A stretch of 64,000 bases of DNA, from the NCBI RefSeq assembly GCF_009914755.1, contig NC_060945.1; one strand, 5' to 3'. The DNA is from the human T2T-CHM13v2.0 reference genome, Homo sapiens. Below, in pieces: positions 16,175-30,885 of this stretch; positions within the stretch are counted from its first letter, which is position 1; each line of letters starts with the position of its first letter. Both the position numbers and the translations under genes were made by a program. The notes beneath the pieces are model-generated. The model was given only the letters and a program-made list of their open reading frames with translations, ran no database searches and was not told where the DNA came from.

Positions 16175-19100
16175 CTAAGACAACCGTGGGAACCACTGTG
16201 ACCGGAGAAACCGCTGGGGCCTCGCGCATGCGCATTGGCTGAGCCGACTCACGATCCACTCCTGACAGATAGGCTGCGTCCCCTTTAAATATTGCCACTG
16301 ACGCGCGGCGGCCGCGATGCTCCTGCTGCCGCCGCGGCGGCGGCTGTGTCCTGGGTCCTGTTTGGGGCGGCATGGGAGAGGGGACCGCGGGTGTCTCATC
16401 CTGTCCCAGGCCCAAACCCCCAGGGCTCCTGTCCTCAGGACCTGCTTGAGCCGACTTCCACCAACGGAGGGGGAGCTTCAGGACGCCTGGTGTGTTCTCT
16501 GGACTCCCGTTGAGATCCCATTCTGGCCCCGTCCGCGTGACATAGGATGGGCTCACCACATGTGGTCAGGCCGGCAGGGCCTCGCTGCAGCACACAATGA
16601 CCCCATAGGTCTCAAGGCCTAGTGTCAGAGCAAATTCACCGATCCATCAGCCCTCTGCCTCCCTCCTCCTTTGAAAGAGCAGTGGCCTGCCCGGCTTGTA
16701 AAAGCCCAGGGGTTCCGGAAAGCCGAACGCGCTTTACAGGACAACTGCAAAGAGGAACAGAGGCGAAACCCAGGGGGAGACCATGTGACCACGCGTGGCA
16801 CTGGCCAATCCCACAGCAGTTGGTGTTAATGTGTGTCTCCGGAGGCATACGGGGCGACGGCGAAACGAAGGGTGGGGTCCAGGCATATGCCGGTGGAAGG
16901 GGGAAACGGGTGACATTTCCGTCAACGCCAAGGAAAATCAAACAACACCTGGGAACCGTGGGGTAGGGGGGCCTCCTGTGCCTGACCCAAGCCACGTTTT
17001 CAAATGCCTACCAGAGGGGCAAAGAGGTTTCTGCCAATTTCGCAACACCCCCAATCCTCCACCGACCTGGTAGCCCTGACGCAACTTCGGCTGGTACAAA
17101 CCCACAGAGAGTGGGAAAGAAACACACAGAGAGTGAGAGACAGAGAGAGAAGAGAGAATGGGAGACACACACACAGACACACACGCACACACAGGCAGAG
17201 TCATACATCAGAGGCATTGAACCCTGAGAACCCTGAGGCAACCCTTGAGGATCCGGGGTTCTGCTCTGGAGGAGAACGACCCTCGGGTGAGAGAGCAGCC
17301 CAGGAGCACGCAGGCCGACCCGTCCTCGAGATCACGGACAGCGGTAAGGCTTTTGGCGAGACTCACCCCAACCAACACCGTCCGTGCAGGCCTGAGGCTG
17401 GGATCCCGTGCTGCTTCCCTCGTCTCCGCCTGGGGTTTCATCATCATGGTCGGCCCTTTGCGACTGCTGTCATCAGGAGAGGTTCCCTTCGACCCCGTGG
17501 AGAGGTGAGGCCGGAGCCTCAGAGCCTCGATACCCAAGCACTGCCACGGAGGGCTCCTGCTCTGCAAAGCCTCCGGGACTGGTTTCTAAGACAACCGTGG
17601 GAACCACTGTGACCGGAGAAACCGCTGGGGCCTCGCGCATGCGCATTGGCTGAGCCGACTCACGCTCCACTCCTGACAGATAGGCTGCGTCCCCTTTAAA
17701 TATCGCCACCGCCGCGCGGCGGCCGCGATGCTCCTGCTGCCGCCGCGGCGGCGGCTGTGTCCTGGGTCCTGTTTGGGGCGGCATGGGAGAGTGGACCGCG
17801 GGTGTCTCGTCCTGTCCCAGGCCCAAACCCCCAGGGCTCCTGTCCTCAGGACCTGCTTGAGCCGACTTCCACCAAGGGAGGGGGAGCTTCAGGACGCCTG
17901 CTGTGTTCTCTGGACTCCCGTTGAGATCCCATTCTGGCCCCCTCCGAGTGACATAGGATGGGCTCACCACATGTGGTCAGGCCGGCAGGGCCTCGCTGCA
18001 GCACACAATGACCCCATAGGTCTCAAGGCCTAGTGTCAGAGCAAACTCACTCATCCATCAGCCCTCTGCCTCCCTCCTCCTTTGAAAGTGGATTGGCCTG
18101 CCCCGCTTGTAAAAGCCCAGGGGTTCCGGAAAGCCGAACGCGCTTTACAGGACAACTGCAAAGAGGAAGAGAGGCGAAACCCAGGGGGAGACCATGTGAC
18201 CACGCGTGGCACTGGCCAATCCCACAGCAGTTGGTGTTAATGTGTGTCACCGGAGGCATACGGGGCGACGGCGAAACGAAAGGTGGGATCCAGGCATATG
18301 CCGGTGGAAGGGGGAAACGGGTGACATTTCCGTCAACGCCAAGGAAAAACAAACAACACCTGGGAACCGTGGGGTAGGGGGGCCTCCTGTGCCTGACCCA
18401 AGCCACGTTTTCAAATGCCTACCAGAGGAGCAAAGAGGTTTCTGCCAATTTCGCAACACCCCCAATCCTCCACCGACCTGGTAGCCCTGACGCAACTTCT
18501 GCTGGTACAAACCCACAGAGAGTGGGAAAGAAACACACAGAGAGTGAGAGACAGAGAGAGAAGAGAGAATGGGAGACACACACACAGACACACACGCACA
18601 CACACGCAGAGTCATACAGCAGAGGCATTGAACCCTGAGAACCCTGAGGCAACCCCTGAGGATCCGGGGTTCTGCTCTGGAGGAGAACGACCCTCGGGTG
18701 AGAGAGCAGCCCAGGAGCACGCAGGCCGACCCGTCCTCGAGATCACGGACAGCGGTAAGGCTGTTGGCGAGACTCACCCCAACCAACACCGTCCGTGCAG
18801 GCCTGAGGCTGGGATCCCGTGCTGCTTCCCTCGTCTCCGCCTGGGGTTTCATCATCATGGTCGGCCCTTTGCGACTGCTGTCATCAGGAGAGGTTCCCTT
18901 CGACCCCGTGGAGAGGTGAGGCCGGAGCCTCAGAGCCTCGATACCCAAGCACTGCCACGGAGGGCTCCTGCTCTGCAAAGCCTCGGGGACTGGTTTCTAA
19001 GACAACCGTGGGAACCACTGTGACCGGAGAAACCGCTGGGGCCTCGCGCATGCGCATTGGCTGAGCCGACTCACGCTCCACTCCTGACAGATAGGCTGCG

Positions 19101-22100
19101 TCCCCTTTAAATATTGCCACCGCCGCGCGGCGGCCGCGATGCTCCTGCTGCCGCCGCGGCGGCGGCTGTGTCCTGGGTGCTGTTTGGGGCGGCATGGGAG
19201 AGGGGACCGCGGGTGTCTCGTCCTGTCCCAGGCCCAAACCCCCAGGTCTCCTGTCCTCAGGACCTGCTTGAGCCGACTTCCACCAAGGGAGGGGGAGCTT
19301 CAGGATGCCTGCTGTGTTCTCTGGACTCCCGTTGAGATCCCATTCTGGCCCCCTCCGCGTGACATAGGATGGGCTCACCACATGTGGTCAGGCCGGCAGG
19401 GCCTCGCTGCAGCACACAATGACCCCATAGGTCTCAAGGCCTAGTGTCAGAGCAAATTCACCGATCCATCAGCCCTCTGCCTCCCTCCTCGTTTGAAAGA
19501 GCAGTGGCCTGCCCGGCTTGTAAAAGCCCAGGGGTTCCGGAAAGCCGAACGCGCTTTGCAGGACAACTGCAAAGAGGAACAGAGGCGAAACCCAGGGGGA
19601 GACCATGTGACCACGCGTGGCACTGGCCAATCCCACAGCAGTTGGTGTTAATGTGTGTCACCGGAGGCATACGGGGCGACGGCGAAACGAAGGGTGGGGT
19701 CCAGGCATATGCTGGTTGAAGGGGGAAACGGGTGACATTTCCGTGAACGCCAAGGAAAATCAAACAACACCTGGGAACCGTGGGGTAGGGGGGCCTCCTG
19801 TGCCTGACCCAAGCCACGTTTTCAAATGCCTACCAGAGGAGCAAAGAGGTTTCTGCCAATTTCGCAACACCCCCAATCCTCCACCGACCTGGTAGCCCTG
19901 AAGCAACTTCGGCTGGTACAAACCCAAAGAGAGTGGGAAAGAAACACACGGAGAGTGAGAGACAGAGAGAGAAGAGAGAATGGGAGACACACACACAGAC
20001 ACACACGCACACACACGCAGAGTCATACAGCAGAGGCATTGAAACACACACTCCCAGGCAACCCCTGACGATCCGGGGTTCTGCTCTGGAGGAGAACGAC
20101 CCTCGGGTGAGAGAGCAGCCCAGGAGCACGCAGGCCGACCCGTCCTCGAGATCACTGACCGCGGCGCGACTTTTGGCGAGACTCACCCCAACAAACACCG
20201 TCCGTGCAGGCCTGAGGCTGGGATCCCGTGCTGCTTCCTCCGTCTCCACCTGGGGTTTCATCTTCATAGTCGGCCCTTTGCGACTGCTGGCATCAGGAGA
20301 GTTTCCCTTCGAGCCCGTGGAGAGGTGAGACCGGAGCCTCAGAGCCTCGATACCCAAGCACTGCCACGGAGGGCTCCTGCTCTGCAAAGCCTCGGGGACT
20401 GGTTTCTAAGACAACCGTGGGAACCACTGTGACCCGAGAAACCGCTGGGGCCTCGCGCATGCGCATTGGCTGAGCCGACTCACGCTCCACTCCTGACAGG
20501 TAGGCTGCGTCCCCTTTAAATATCGCCACCGCCGCGCGGCGGCCGCGATGCTCCTGCTGCCGCCGCGGCAGCGGCTGTGTCCTGGGTCCTGTTTGGGGCG
20601 GCATGGGAGAGTGGACCGCGGGTGTCTCGTCCTGTCCCAGGCCCAAACCCCCAGGGCTCCTGTCCTCACGACCTGCTTGAGCCGACTTCCACCAAGGGAG
20701 GGGGAGCTTCAGGACGCCTGCTGTGTTCTCTGGACTCCCGTTGAGATCCCATTCTGGCCCCCTCCGAGTGACATAGGATGGGCTCACCACATGTGGTCAG
20801 GCCGGCAGGGCCAAGCTGCAGCACACAATGACCCCATAGGTCTCAAGGCCTAGTGTCAGAGCAAACTCACTCATCCATCAGCCCTCTGCCTCCCTCCTCC
20901 TTTGAAAGTGCAGTGGCCTGCCCCGCTTGTAAAAGCCCAGGGGTTCCGGAAAGCCGAACGCGCTTTACAGGACAACTGCAAAGAGGAACAGAGGCGAAAC
21001 CCAGGGGGAGACCATGTGACCACGCGTGGCACTGGCCAATCCCACAGCACTTGGTGTTAATGTGTGTCACCGGAGGCATACGGGGCGACGGCGAAACGAA
21101 GGGTGGGATCCAGGCATATGCCGGTGGAAGGGGGAAACGGGTGACATTTCCGTCAACGCCAAGGAAAATCAAACAACACCTGGGAACCGTGGGGTAGGGG
21201 GGCCTCCTGTGCCTGACCCAAGCCACGTTTTCAAATGCCTACCAGAGGAGCAAAGAGGTTTCTGCCAATTTCGCAACACCCCCAATCCTCCACCGACCTG
21301 GTAGCCCTGACGCAACTTCGGCTGGTACAAACCCACAGAGAGTGGGAAAGAAACACACAGAGAGTGAGAGACAGAGAGAGAAGAGAGAATGGGAGACACA
21401 CACACAGACACACACGCACACACACGCAGAGTCATACAGCAGAGGCATTGAACCCTGAGAACCCTGAGGCAACCCCTGAGGATCCGGGGTTCTGCTCTGG
21501 AGGAGAACGACCCTCGGGTGAGAGAGCAGCCCAGGAGCACGCAGGCCGACCCGTCCTCGAGGTCACGGACAGCGGTAAGGCTTTTGGCGAGACTCACCCC
21601 AACCAACACCGTCCGTGCAGGCCTGAGGCTGGGATCCCGTGCTGCTTCCCTCGTCTCCGCCTGTGGTTTCATCATCATGGTCGGCCCTTTGCGACTGCTG
21701 TCATCAGGAGAGGTTCCCTTCGACCCCGTGGATAGGTGAGGCCGGAGCCTCAGAGCCTCGGTACCCAAGCACTGCCACGGAGGGCTCCTGCTCTGTAAAG
21801 CCTCGGGGACTGGTTTCTAAGACAACCGTGGGAACCACTGTGACCGGAGAAACCGCTGGGGCCTCGCGCATGCGCATTGGCTGAGCCGACTCACGCTCCA
21901 CTCCTGACAGATAGGCTGCGTCCCCTTTAAATATTGCCACCGCCGCGCGGCGGCCGCGATGCTCCTGCTGCCACCGTGGCGGCGGCTGTGTCCTGGGTCC
22001 TGTTTGGGGTGGCATGGGAGAGGGGACCGCGGGTGTCTCGTCCTGTCCCAGGCCCAAACCCCCAGGGCTCCTGTCCTCAGGACCTGCTTGAGCCGACTTC

Positions 22101-22920
22101 CACCAAGGGAGGGGGAGCGTCAGGACGCCTGCTGTGTTCTCTGGACTCCCGTTGAGATCCCATTCTGGCCACCTCCGCGTGACATAGGATGGGCTCACCA
22201 CATGTGGTCAGGCCGGCAGGGCCTCGCTGCAGCACACAATGACCCCATAGGTCTCAAGGCCTAGTGTCAGAGCAAACTCACTCATCCATCAGCCCTCTGC
22301 CTCCCTCCTCCTTTGAAAGTGCAGTGGCCTGCTCCGCTTGTAAAAGCCCAGGGGTTCCGGAAAGCCGAACGCACTTTACAGGACAACTGCAAAGAGGAAC
22401 AGAGGTGAAACCCAGGGTGAGACCATGTGACCACGCGTGGCACTGGCCAATCCCACAGCAGTTGGTGTTAACGTGTGTCACCGGAGGCATACGGGGCGAC
22501 GGCGAAACGAAGGGTGGGGTCCAGGCATATGCCGGTGGAAGGGGGAAACGGGTGACATTTCCGTCAACGCCAAGGAAAAACAAACAACACCTGGGAACCG
22601 TGGGGTAGGGGGGCCTCCTGTGCCTGACCCAAGCCACGTTTTCAAATGCCTACCAGAGGAGCAAAGAGGTTTCTGCCAATTTCGCAACACCCCCAATCCT
22701 CCACCGACCTGGTAGCCCTGACGCAACTTCGGCTGGTACAAACCCACAGAGAGTGGGAAAGAAACACACAGAGACTGAGAGACAGAGAGAGAAGAGAGAA
22801 TGGGAGACACACACACACACACACACACACACGCAGAGTCATACAGCAGAGGCATTGAAACACACACCCCAGGCAGCCCCTGAGGCTCCGGGGTTCTGCT
22901 CTGGAGGAGAAGGACCCTCA

Positions 22921-23220
<300 letters not shown>

Positions 23221-25624
23221 CTAAGACAACCGTGGGAACCACTGTGACGGGAGAAACCGCTGGCGCCTAGCGCATGCGCATTGGCTGAGCCGACTCACGC
23301 TCCACTCCTGACAGATAGGCTGCGTCCCCTTTAAATATCGCCACCGCCGCGCGGCGGCCGCGATGCTCCTGCTGCCGCCCCGGCAGCGCCTGTGTCTTGG
23401 GTCCTGTTTCAGGCGGCGTGGGAGAGGGGGCCACGGGTGTCTGGTCCTGTCCCAGGCCCAAACCCCCAGGGCTCCTGTCCTCAGGACCTGCTTGAGCCGA
23501 CTTCCACCAAGGGACGGGGAGCTTCAGGACGCCTGCTGTGTTCTCTGGACTCCCGTTGAGATCCCATTCTGGCCCCCTCCGAGTGACATAGGATGGGCTC
23601 ACCACACGTGGTCAGGCCGGCAGGGCCTCGCTGCAGCACAAAATGATCCCATAGGTCTCAAGGCCTAGTGTCAGAGCAAATTCTCTCATCCATCAGCCCT
23701 CTGCCTCCCTCCTCCTTTGAAAGAGCAGTGGCCTACCCCGCTTGTAAAAGCCCAGGGGTTCTGGAAAGCCGACCGTGCTTAACAGGACCACTGCAAAGAG
23801 GAAGAGAGGCGAAATCCAGGGGGAGACCATGTGACCACGCGTGGCACTGGCCAATCCCACAGCAGTTGGTGTTAACGTGTGACACCGGAGGCAAACGGGG
23901 CGACGGCGAAACGAAGGGTGGGGTCCATGCACGTGCTGGTGGAAGGGGGAAACGGGTGACCTTTCCGTCAATGCCAAGGAAAAACAAACAACACCTGGGA
24001 CCCGGAGGGTGTGGGGGACGTCTGTGCCTGACCCAAGCCACGTTTTCAAATGCCTACCAGAGGAACAGAGATGTTTCTGCCAATTTCTCAACACCCCCAA
24101 TCCTCCACCGACCTCGTAGCCTTGAAGCAACTTCGGCTGGCACAAACCCACAAAGAGTGGGAAAGAAACACAGAGAGACTGAGAGACAGAGGGAGAAGAG
24201 AGAATGGGAGACAAACACACAGACACACACACACACACGCAGAGTCATACAGCAGAGGCATTGAAACACACACCCCCAGGCAACCCCTGAGGCTCCGGGT
24301 TTCTGCTCTGGAGGAGAACGACCCTCGGGTGAGAGAGCAGCCCAGGGGCACGCAGGCCGACCCGTCCTCGAGATCACGGACAGCGGCGCGACTTTTGGCG
24401 AGACTCACCCCAACAAACAGCGTCCGTGCAGGCCTGAGGCTGGGATCCCGTGCTGCTACCCCGGTCTCCACCTGGGATTTCATCTTCATAGTCGGCCCTT
24501 TGCGACTGCTGGCATCAGGAGAGTTTCCCTTCGAGCCCGTGGAGAGGTGAGACCGGAGCCTCAGAGCCTCGATACCCAAGCACTGCCACGGAGGGCTCCT
24601 GCTCTGCAAAGCCTCGGGGACTGGTTTCTAAGACAACCGTGGGAACCACTGTGACCCGAGAAACCGCTGGGGCCTCGAGCATGCACATTGGCTGAGCCGA
24701 CTCACGCTCCACTCCTGACAGATAGGCTGCGTCCCCTTTAAATATCGCCACCACCGCGCGGCGGCCGCGATGCCCCTGCTGCCGCCGCGGCGGCGGCTGT
24801 GTCCTGGGTCCTGTTTGGGGCGGCGTGGGAGAGGGGGCCGCGGGTGTCTCGTCCTGTTCCAGGCCCAAACCCCCAGGGCTCCTGTCCTCAGGACCTGCTT
24901 GAGCCGATTTCCAGCGAGGGAGGGGGAGCTTCAGGACGCCTGCTGTGTTCTCCGGACTCCCGTGGAGATCCCATTCTGACCCCTCCTTGTGACATAGGAT
25001 GGGCTCACCACATCTGGTCAGGCTGGTAGGTCCTCTCTGTAGCACAGAATGACCCCATAGGTCTCAAGGCCTAGTGTCAGAGCAAATTCACTCATCCATC
25101 AGCCCTCTGCCTCCCTCCTCCTTTGAAAGAGCAGTGGCCTGCCGCGCTTGTAAAAGCCCAGGGGGTTTCGGAAAGCCGACCGCGCTTTACAGGACACCTA
25201 CCTGCAAAGAGGAAGAGAGGCGAAACCCAGGGGAAGTCCATGTGACCACGCGTGGCACTGGCCAATCCCACAGCAGTTGGTGATAATGTGTGTCACCGGA
25301 GGCATACGGGGCGACGGCGAAACAAAGGGTGCCGTCCAGGAATGAACACGTGGAAGGGGAAAGAGGTGACCTTTCCGTGAATGCCAAGGAAAATCAAACA
25401 ACACCTGGGACCCGGAGGGTGGGGGGGAGGTCTGTGCCTGACACAAGCCACGTTTTCAAATGCCTACCAGAGAAACAAAGAGGTTTCTGCCAATTTCGCA
25501 ACACCCCCAATCCTCCACCGGCCTCGTAGCCCTGACGCAACTTCGCTGGCACAAACCCACAGAGAGTGGGAAAGAAACACACAGAGACTGAGAGACAGAG
25601 AGAGAAGAGAGAATGGGAGACACA

Positions 25625-25655
<31 letters not shown>

Positions 25656-28600
25656 GCAGAGTCATACAGCAGAGGCATGGAAACACACACCCCCAGGCAC
25701 CCCCTGAGGCTCCGGGGTTCTGCTCTGGAGGAGAACGACCCTCGGGTGAGAGAGCAGCCCAGGGGCACGCAGCCCGACACGTCCTCGAGATCACGGACGG
25801 CGGCAAGGCTTTTGGCGAGACTCACCCCAACCAACACCGTCCGTGCAGGCCTGAGGCTGGGATCCCGTGCTGCTTCCCTCGTCTCCGCCTGGGGTTTCAT
25901 CATCATGGTCGGCCCTTTGCGAGTGCTGGCATCCGGAGACGTTGCCTTCGACCCTGTGGGGAGGTGAGGCCAGAGCCTCAGAGCCTCGATACCCAAGCAC
26001 CGCCACGGAGGGCTCCTGCTCTGCCAAGCCTCAGGGACTGGTTTCTAAGACAACCGTGGGAACCACTGTGACGGGAGAAACCGCTGGCGCCTAGCGCATG
26101 CGCATTGGCTGAGCCGACTCACGCTCCACTCCTGACAGATAGGCTGCGTCCCCTTTAAATATCGCCACCGCCGCGCGGCGGCCGCGATGCACCTGCTGCC
26201 GCCCCGGCGGCGCCTGTGTCCTGGGTCCTGTTTCGGGCGGCGTGGGAGAGGGGGCCACGGGTGTCTGGTCCTGTCCCAGGCCCAAACCCCCAGGGCTCCT
26301 GTCCTCAGGACCTGCTTGAGCCGACTTCCACCGAGGGAGGTGGAGCTTCAGGACGCCTGCTGTGTTCTCCGGACTCCCGTTGAGATCCCATTCTGGCCCA
26401 CTCCGAGTGACATAGGATGGGCTCACCACATCTGGTCAGGCCGGCAGGGCCTCGCTGCAGCACAAAATGATCCCATAGGTCTCAAGGCCTAGTGTCAGAG
26501 CAAATTCACTCATCCATCAGCCCTCTGCCTCCCTCCTCCTTTGAAAGAGCAGTGGCCTGCCCCGCTTGTAAAAGCCGAGGTGTTCCGGAAAGCCGACCGT
26601 GCTTTACAGGACAACTGCAAAGAGGAAGAGAGGCGAAATCCAGGGGGAGACCATGTGACCACGCGTGGCACTGGCCAATCCCACAGCAGTTGGTGTTAAC
26701 CTGTGACACCTGAGGTAAACGGGGCGACGGTGAAACTAAGGGTGGGGTCCATGCATGTGCCGGTGGAAGGGGGAAACGGGTGACCTTTCCGTCAATGCCA
26801 AGGAAAATCAAACAACACCTGGGACCTGGAGGGTGTGGGGGACGTCTGCGCCTGACCCAAGCCACGTTTTCAAATGCCTACCAGAGGAACAAAGAGGTCT
26901 CTGCCAATTTCGCAACACCCTCAATCCTCCACCGATCTCGTAGCCCTGACGCAACTTCGGCTGGCACAAACCCACAGAGAGTGGTTAGGAAACACACAGA
27001 GACTGAGAGACAGAGAGAGAAGAGAGAATGGGAGACACACACACAGACACACACACACACACACGCAGAGTCATACAGCAGAGGCATTGAAACACACACT
27101 CCCAGGCAACCCCTGAGACTCCGGGGTTCTGCTCTGGAGGTGAACGACCCTCGGTTGAGAGAGCAGCCCAGGGGCACGCAGCCCGACCCGTCCTCGAGAT
27201 CACGGACGGCGGCACGACTTTTGGCGAGACTCACCCCAACCAACTCCGTCTGTGCTGGCCTGAGGCTGGGATCCCGTGCTGCTTCCCCCGTCTCCATCTG
27301 TGGTTTCATCTTCATAGTCGGCCCTTTGCGACTGCTGGCATCAGGAGAGTTTCCCTTCGAGCCCGTGGAGAGGTGAGACCGGAGCCTCAGAGCCTCGGTA
27401 CCCAAGCACTGCCACGGAGGGCTCCTGCTCTTCCAAGCCTCGGGGACTGGTTTCTAAGACAACCGTGGGAACCACTGTGACCAGAGAAACCGCTCGGGCT
27501 TCGCGCATGCGCATTGGCTGAGCCGACTCAGGCTCCACTCCTGACAGATAGGCTGCGTCCCCTTTAAATATTGCCACCATCGCCCGGCGGCCGCGATGCT
27601 CCTGCTGCCGCCGAGTCGGCGGCTGGATCCTGGGTCTTCTTTGGAGCGGCGTGGGAGAGGGGGCCGCAGGTGTCTCCTCCTGTCCCAGTCCCAAACCCCC
27701 AGAGCTCCTGTCCTCAGGACCTGCTTGAGCCGACTTCCACAAAGGGAGGGGGATCTTCAGGACGCCTGCTGTGTTCCCCGGACTCCTGGTGCGATCCCAT
27801 TCTGGCCCCCTCCGAGTGACTTAGGATGGGCTCACCACATCTGGTCAGGCCGGCAGGGCCTTGCTGCAGCACAGAATGATCCCGTAGGTCTCAAGGCCTA
27901 GTGTCAGCTGCAAATTCACTGATCCATCAGCCCTCTGCCTCCCTCCTCCTTTGAATGAGTAATGGCCTGCCCCGCTTGTGAAAGCCCAGGGGGTTCCGGA
28001 AAGCCGACCGCGCTTTACAGGACCCCTGCAAAGAGGAAGAGAGGGGAATCCCAGGGGGAGACCATGTGACCACGCGTGGCACTGGCCAATGCCACAACAG
28101 TTGGTGTTAATGTGTGTCATCGGAGGCATACGGGGCGACGGCGAAACGAAGGGTGGGGTCCAGGCATGTGCCGGTGGAAGGGGGAAACGGGTGACCTTTC
28201 CGTCAATGCCAAGGAAAATCAAACAACACCTGGGACCCGGGTGGTGGGGGGGCCGCCTGTGCCCGACCCAAGCCACGTTTTCTACTGCCTACGAGAGGAG
28301 TAAAGAGGTTTCTGCAAAATTCGCAACACCCCCAATCCTCCACCGACCTGGTAGCCCTGACGCAACTTCGGCTGGCACAAACCCACAAAGAGTGGGAAAG
28401 AAACACACAGAGACTGAGAGACAGAGAGAGAAGAGAGAATGGGAGACAGAGACACAGACACACTCACACACACACACACACACACACAGAGTCATAGAGC
28501 AGAGGTATTGAAACACACACCCTCAGGCAACCCCTGAGGCTGTGGGGTTCTGCTCTGGAGGAGAACCACTCTCGGGTGAGAGAGCAGCCCAGGGGCACGC

Positions 28601-29320
28601 AGGCTGACCTGTGCTCGAGATCACGGATTGCGGCACGACTTTTGGGGGGAATCACCCCAACCAACAGCGTCCGGGCAGGCTTGAGGCTGGGATCCCGTGC
28701 TGCTTCCCCAATCCCCGCCTGGGGTTTCCTCATCGTGCTGGGCACTTTGGGACTCCTGGCATCCGGAGAGGTTCCCGCCAACCCCGTGGATAGTTCAGGG
28801 CAGAGCCTCAGAGCCCCGTCACCCAAGCACTGCCAGGGAGGGCTGCTGCTTTGCCAAGCCTCGGGGACTGGTTTCTAAGACAACCGTGGGAACCACTGTG
28901 ACAGGGGTAGCCGTTCGCGCCTCCCGCATGCGTATTGGCTGAGCGGACTCGTGCTCTGCTCCGGGCAGTCAGGCTGTGTCCCCTTTAAATACCGCCACCG
29001 CCGCGCGGTGTCAGCGAGGTTCCTCCTGCTGCTGCGGCGGCGGCTGTATCCGGGGTCCAGTTTGGGGCGGAGTGGGAGAGGGGCCCGCGGGTGTCTTGTC
29101 CTGTCCCAGGGCCAAATCCCCAGGAGTCTTGTCCTCAGGACCTCCTTGAGCCGACTTCCTCCGAGGGAGGGGAACTTCAGGATGCCTGCTGTGTTCACCG
29201 GACTCCCGTTCAGATCCGATTTTGGACCCCTCCGAGTGAGATAGGATGGGCTCACCACATCTGGTGAGGCAGGCAGGGCCTCGCTGCAGCACAGAATGAT
29301 CCCATAGGTCTCAAGGCCTA

Positions 29321-30885
29321 CTTGTACTGTTGTACATAATGTATATAATTGACTTTTATTCACTCGACAAAATTTCCTAAAAATACATCCAAATGATTGC
29401 GTTAATTAATATTTTGTTCCTTTGATGACTGAATAGTATTTCATGGTTTCTTGTATAAATTCACCACAAATTAAACATTCACCTGAGCTTATTGACCTTT
29501 TCAACTGTAACAAATTAAGCTGTTGTAGACATTCATGAACAAGTTTTTGTGGGAACACAAGTTTCATTACTCCAAATTAAACACCCACAACTGCAATTGC
29601 TGGGATCTATGGTCTATGCACATCTGGTTTTTATTTTACTTTGAAAAATTTTTAATTATTTTCTTAAAATTTTGTGGGTACATTGAGTGCCCACAGAAGC
29701 TAGTAAGGATACTGGGGCATTGGAGAGGAGGTAGAGAAGGTTAATCAGCAGAAAAAAAATGTGGAAAGAATGAATAACATGTCTGTATTTTTAAAAAACT
29801 GTCAACTATTTTTCAGAGTGACTCTATTATTTTACTTTTCCACTAGCAACGTATGAGTGATCCTATTTTTTACATCCTGAATAGCTTTTGCTATTGTCAC
29901 AATTTTTAAAAGACATTTTGATAGGTGTGTAGAAATATCTCACTATGGTTTTATTTGACATGTCCATGATGATTAATAATATTGAACATGTTTCATGGAT
30001 TATTTGACATCTGAATATTTTTCTTGTTAAAACGTCCATTGATGTCTTTTGTCCATTACCTAATTGGATCATTTGCATTTTTTTAAAAAAGTTGCTGTTG
30101 AGTTTTGTGTCATCTCTATTTATTTTTGTCGGTTTTGATAGATGTTTATCAATTGATTGATTTTTTCAATAAACCAGCTTTTTGTTTCACATTTTTTCTG
30201 TTTTCAATTTCATGAATTTTTGTTATTGTCATGATTATTTTTCTTCTTCTGCCTGCTTTCAGTTTACTCTGTTCTTTTTCTAGTTTTTTGAGATACAAGT
30301 GTATGTTATTGATTTGAGATCTTTTCTCATTTTTAATGAAGCATTTAGTACTATAAATTTCTTTCCCACCACAGCCTTAGCTGTATTTCCTATATTTTGA
30401 TATGTTGTATTTTTCTTTCATTTGTTTAAATATATTTTTGGATTTTAATTTAAGACTTTATATTGTATCCATAGATCATTTGGAACTGTGTTGTATAGTT
30501 GAAATGCATTTCTATTAATATATTAATTATATTAATATATCTTCCTTCTTTCTTGATGTGCAAAATTCCTTTTTTTTCTTTATTTTGTTTGAATAACAGT
30601 TTTAGTAAACATTTAATGGTAAGCTTGCTAACAACAAATTTTTAAACAATTCAAAAAATATAATTTTCCTTTACTCCAGAAGCATAGTTACAACATCTGT
30701 AGCATTCAGAGTTGGCAGCTCTTTTCTTTCACTACCTGAAAAATATTATGTAACTTGTTTCTGACCTCCATTGTTTCAGATGAAAAAACGTATTTTCATT
30801 TACATTGGTTTTCCTCTATAGGTGATGTTTCACCTATAGGTGACTGTTTCTATCTGGCTGCTTTTAACACTTTGTCTTTAGTTTT
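29321..30885 (-). mobile_element. Ancient L1 (L1M/L1ME-type) fragments: 3' end, ORF2 pieces and upstream region
   Basis: ORF 29863..30078(-) CSILLIIMDMSNKTIVRYFYTPIKM resembles the L1 ORF2 C-terminus (CSTSLIIREMQIKTTMRYHYTPIRM). The sequence is T-rich and degenerate, with a short + strand L1MA-like piece at ~29690-29790. Confidence 0.7.
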
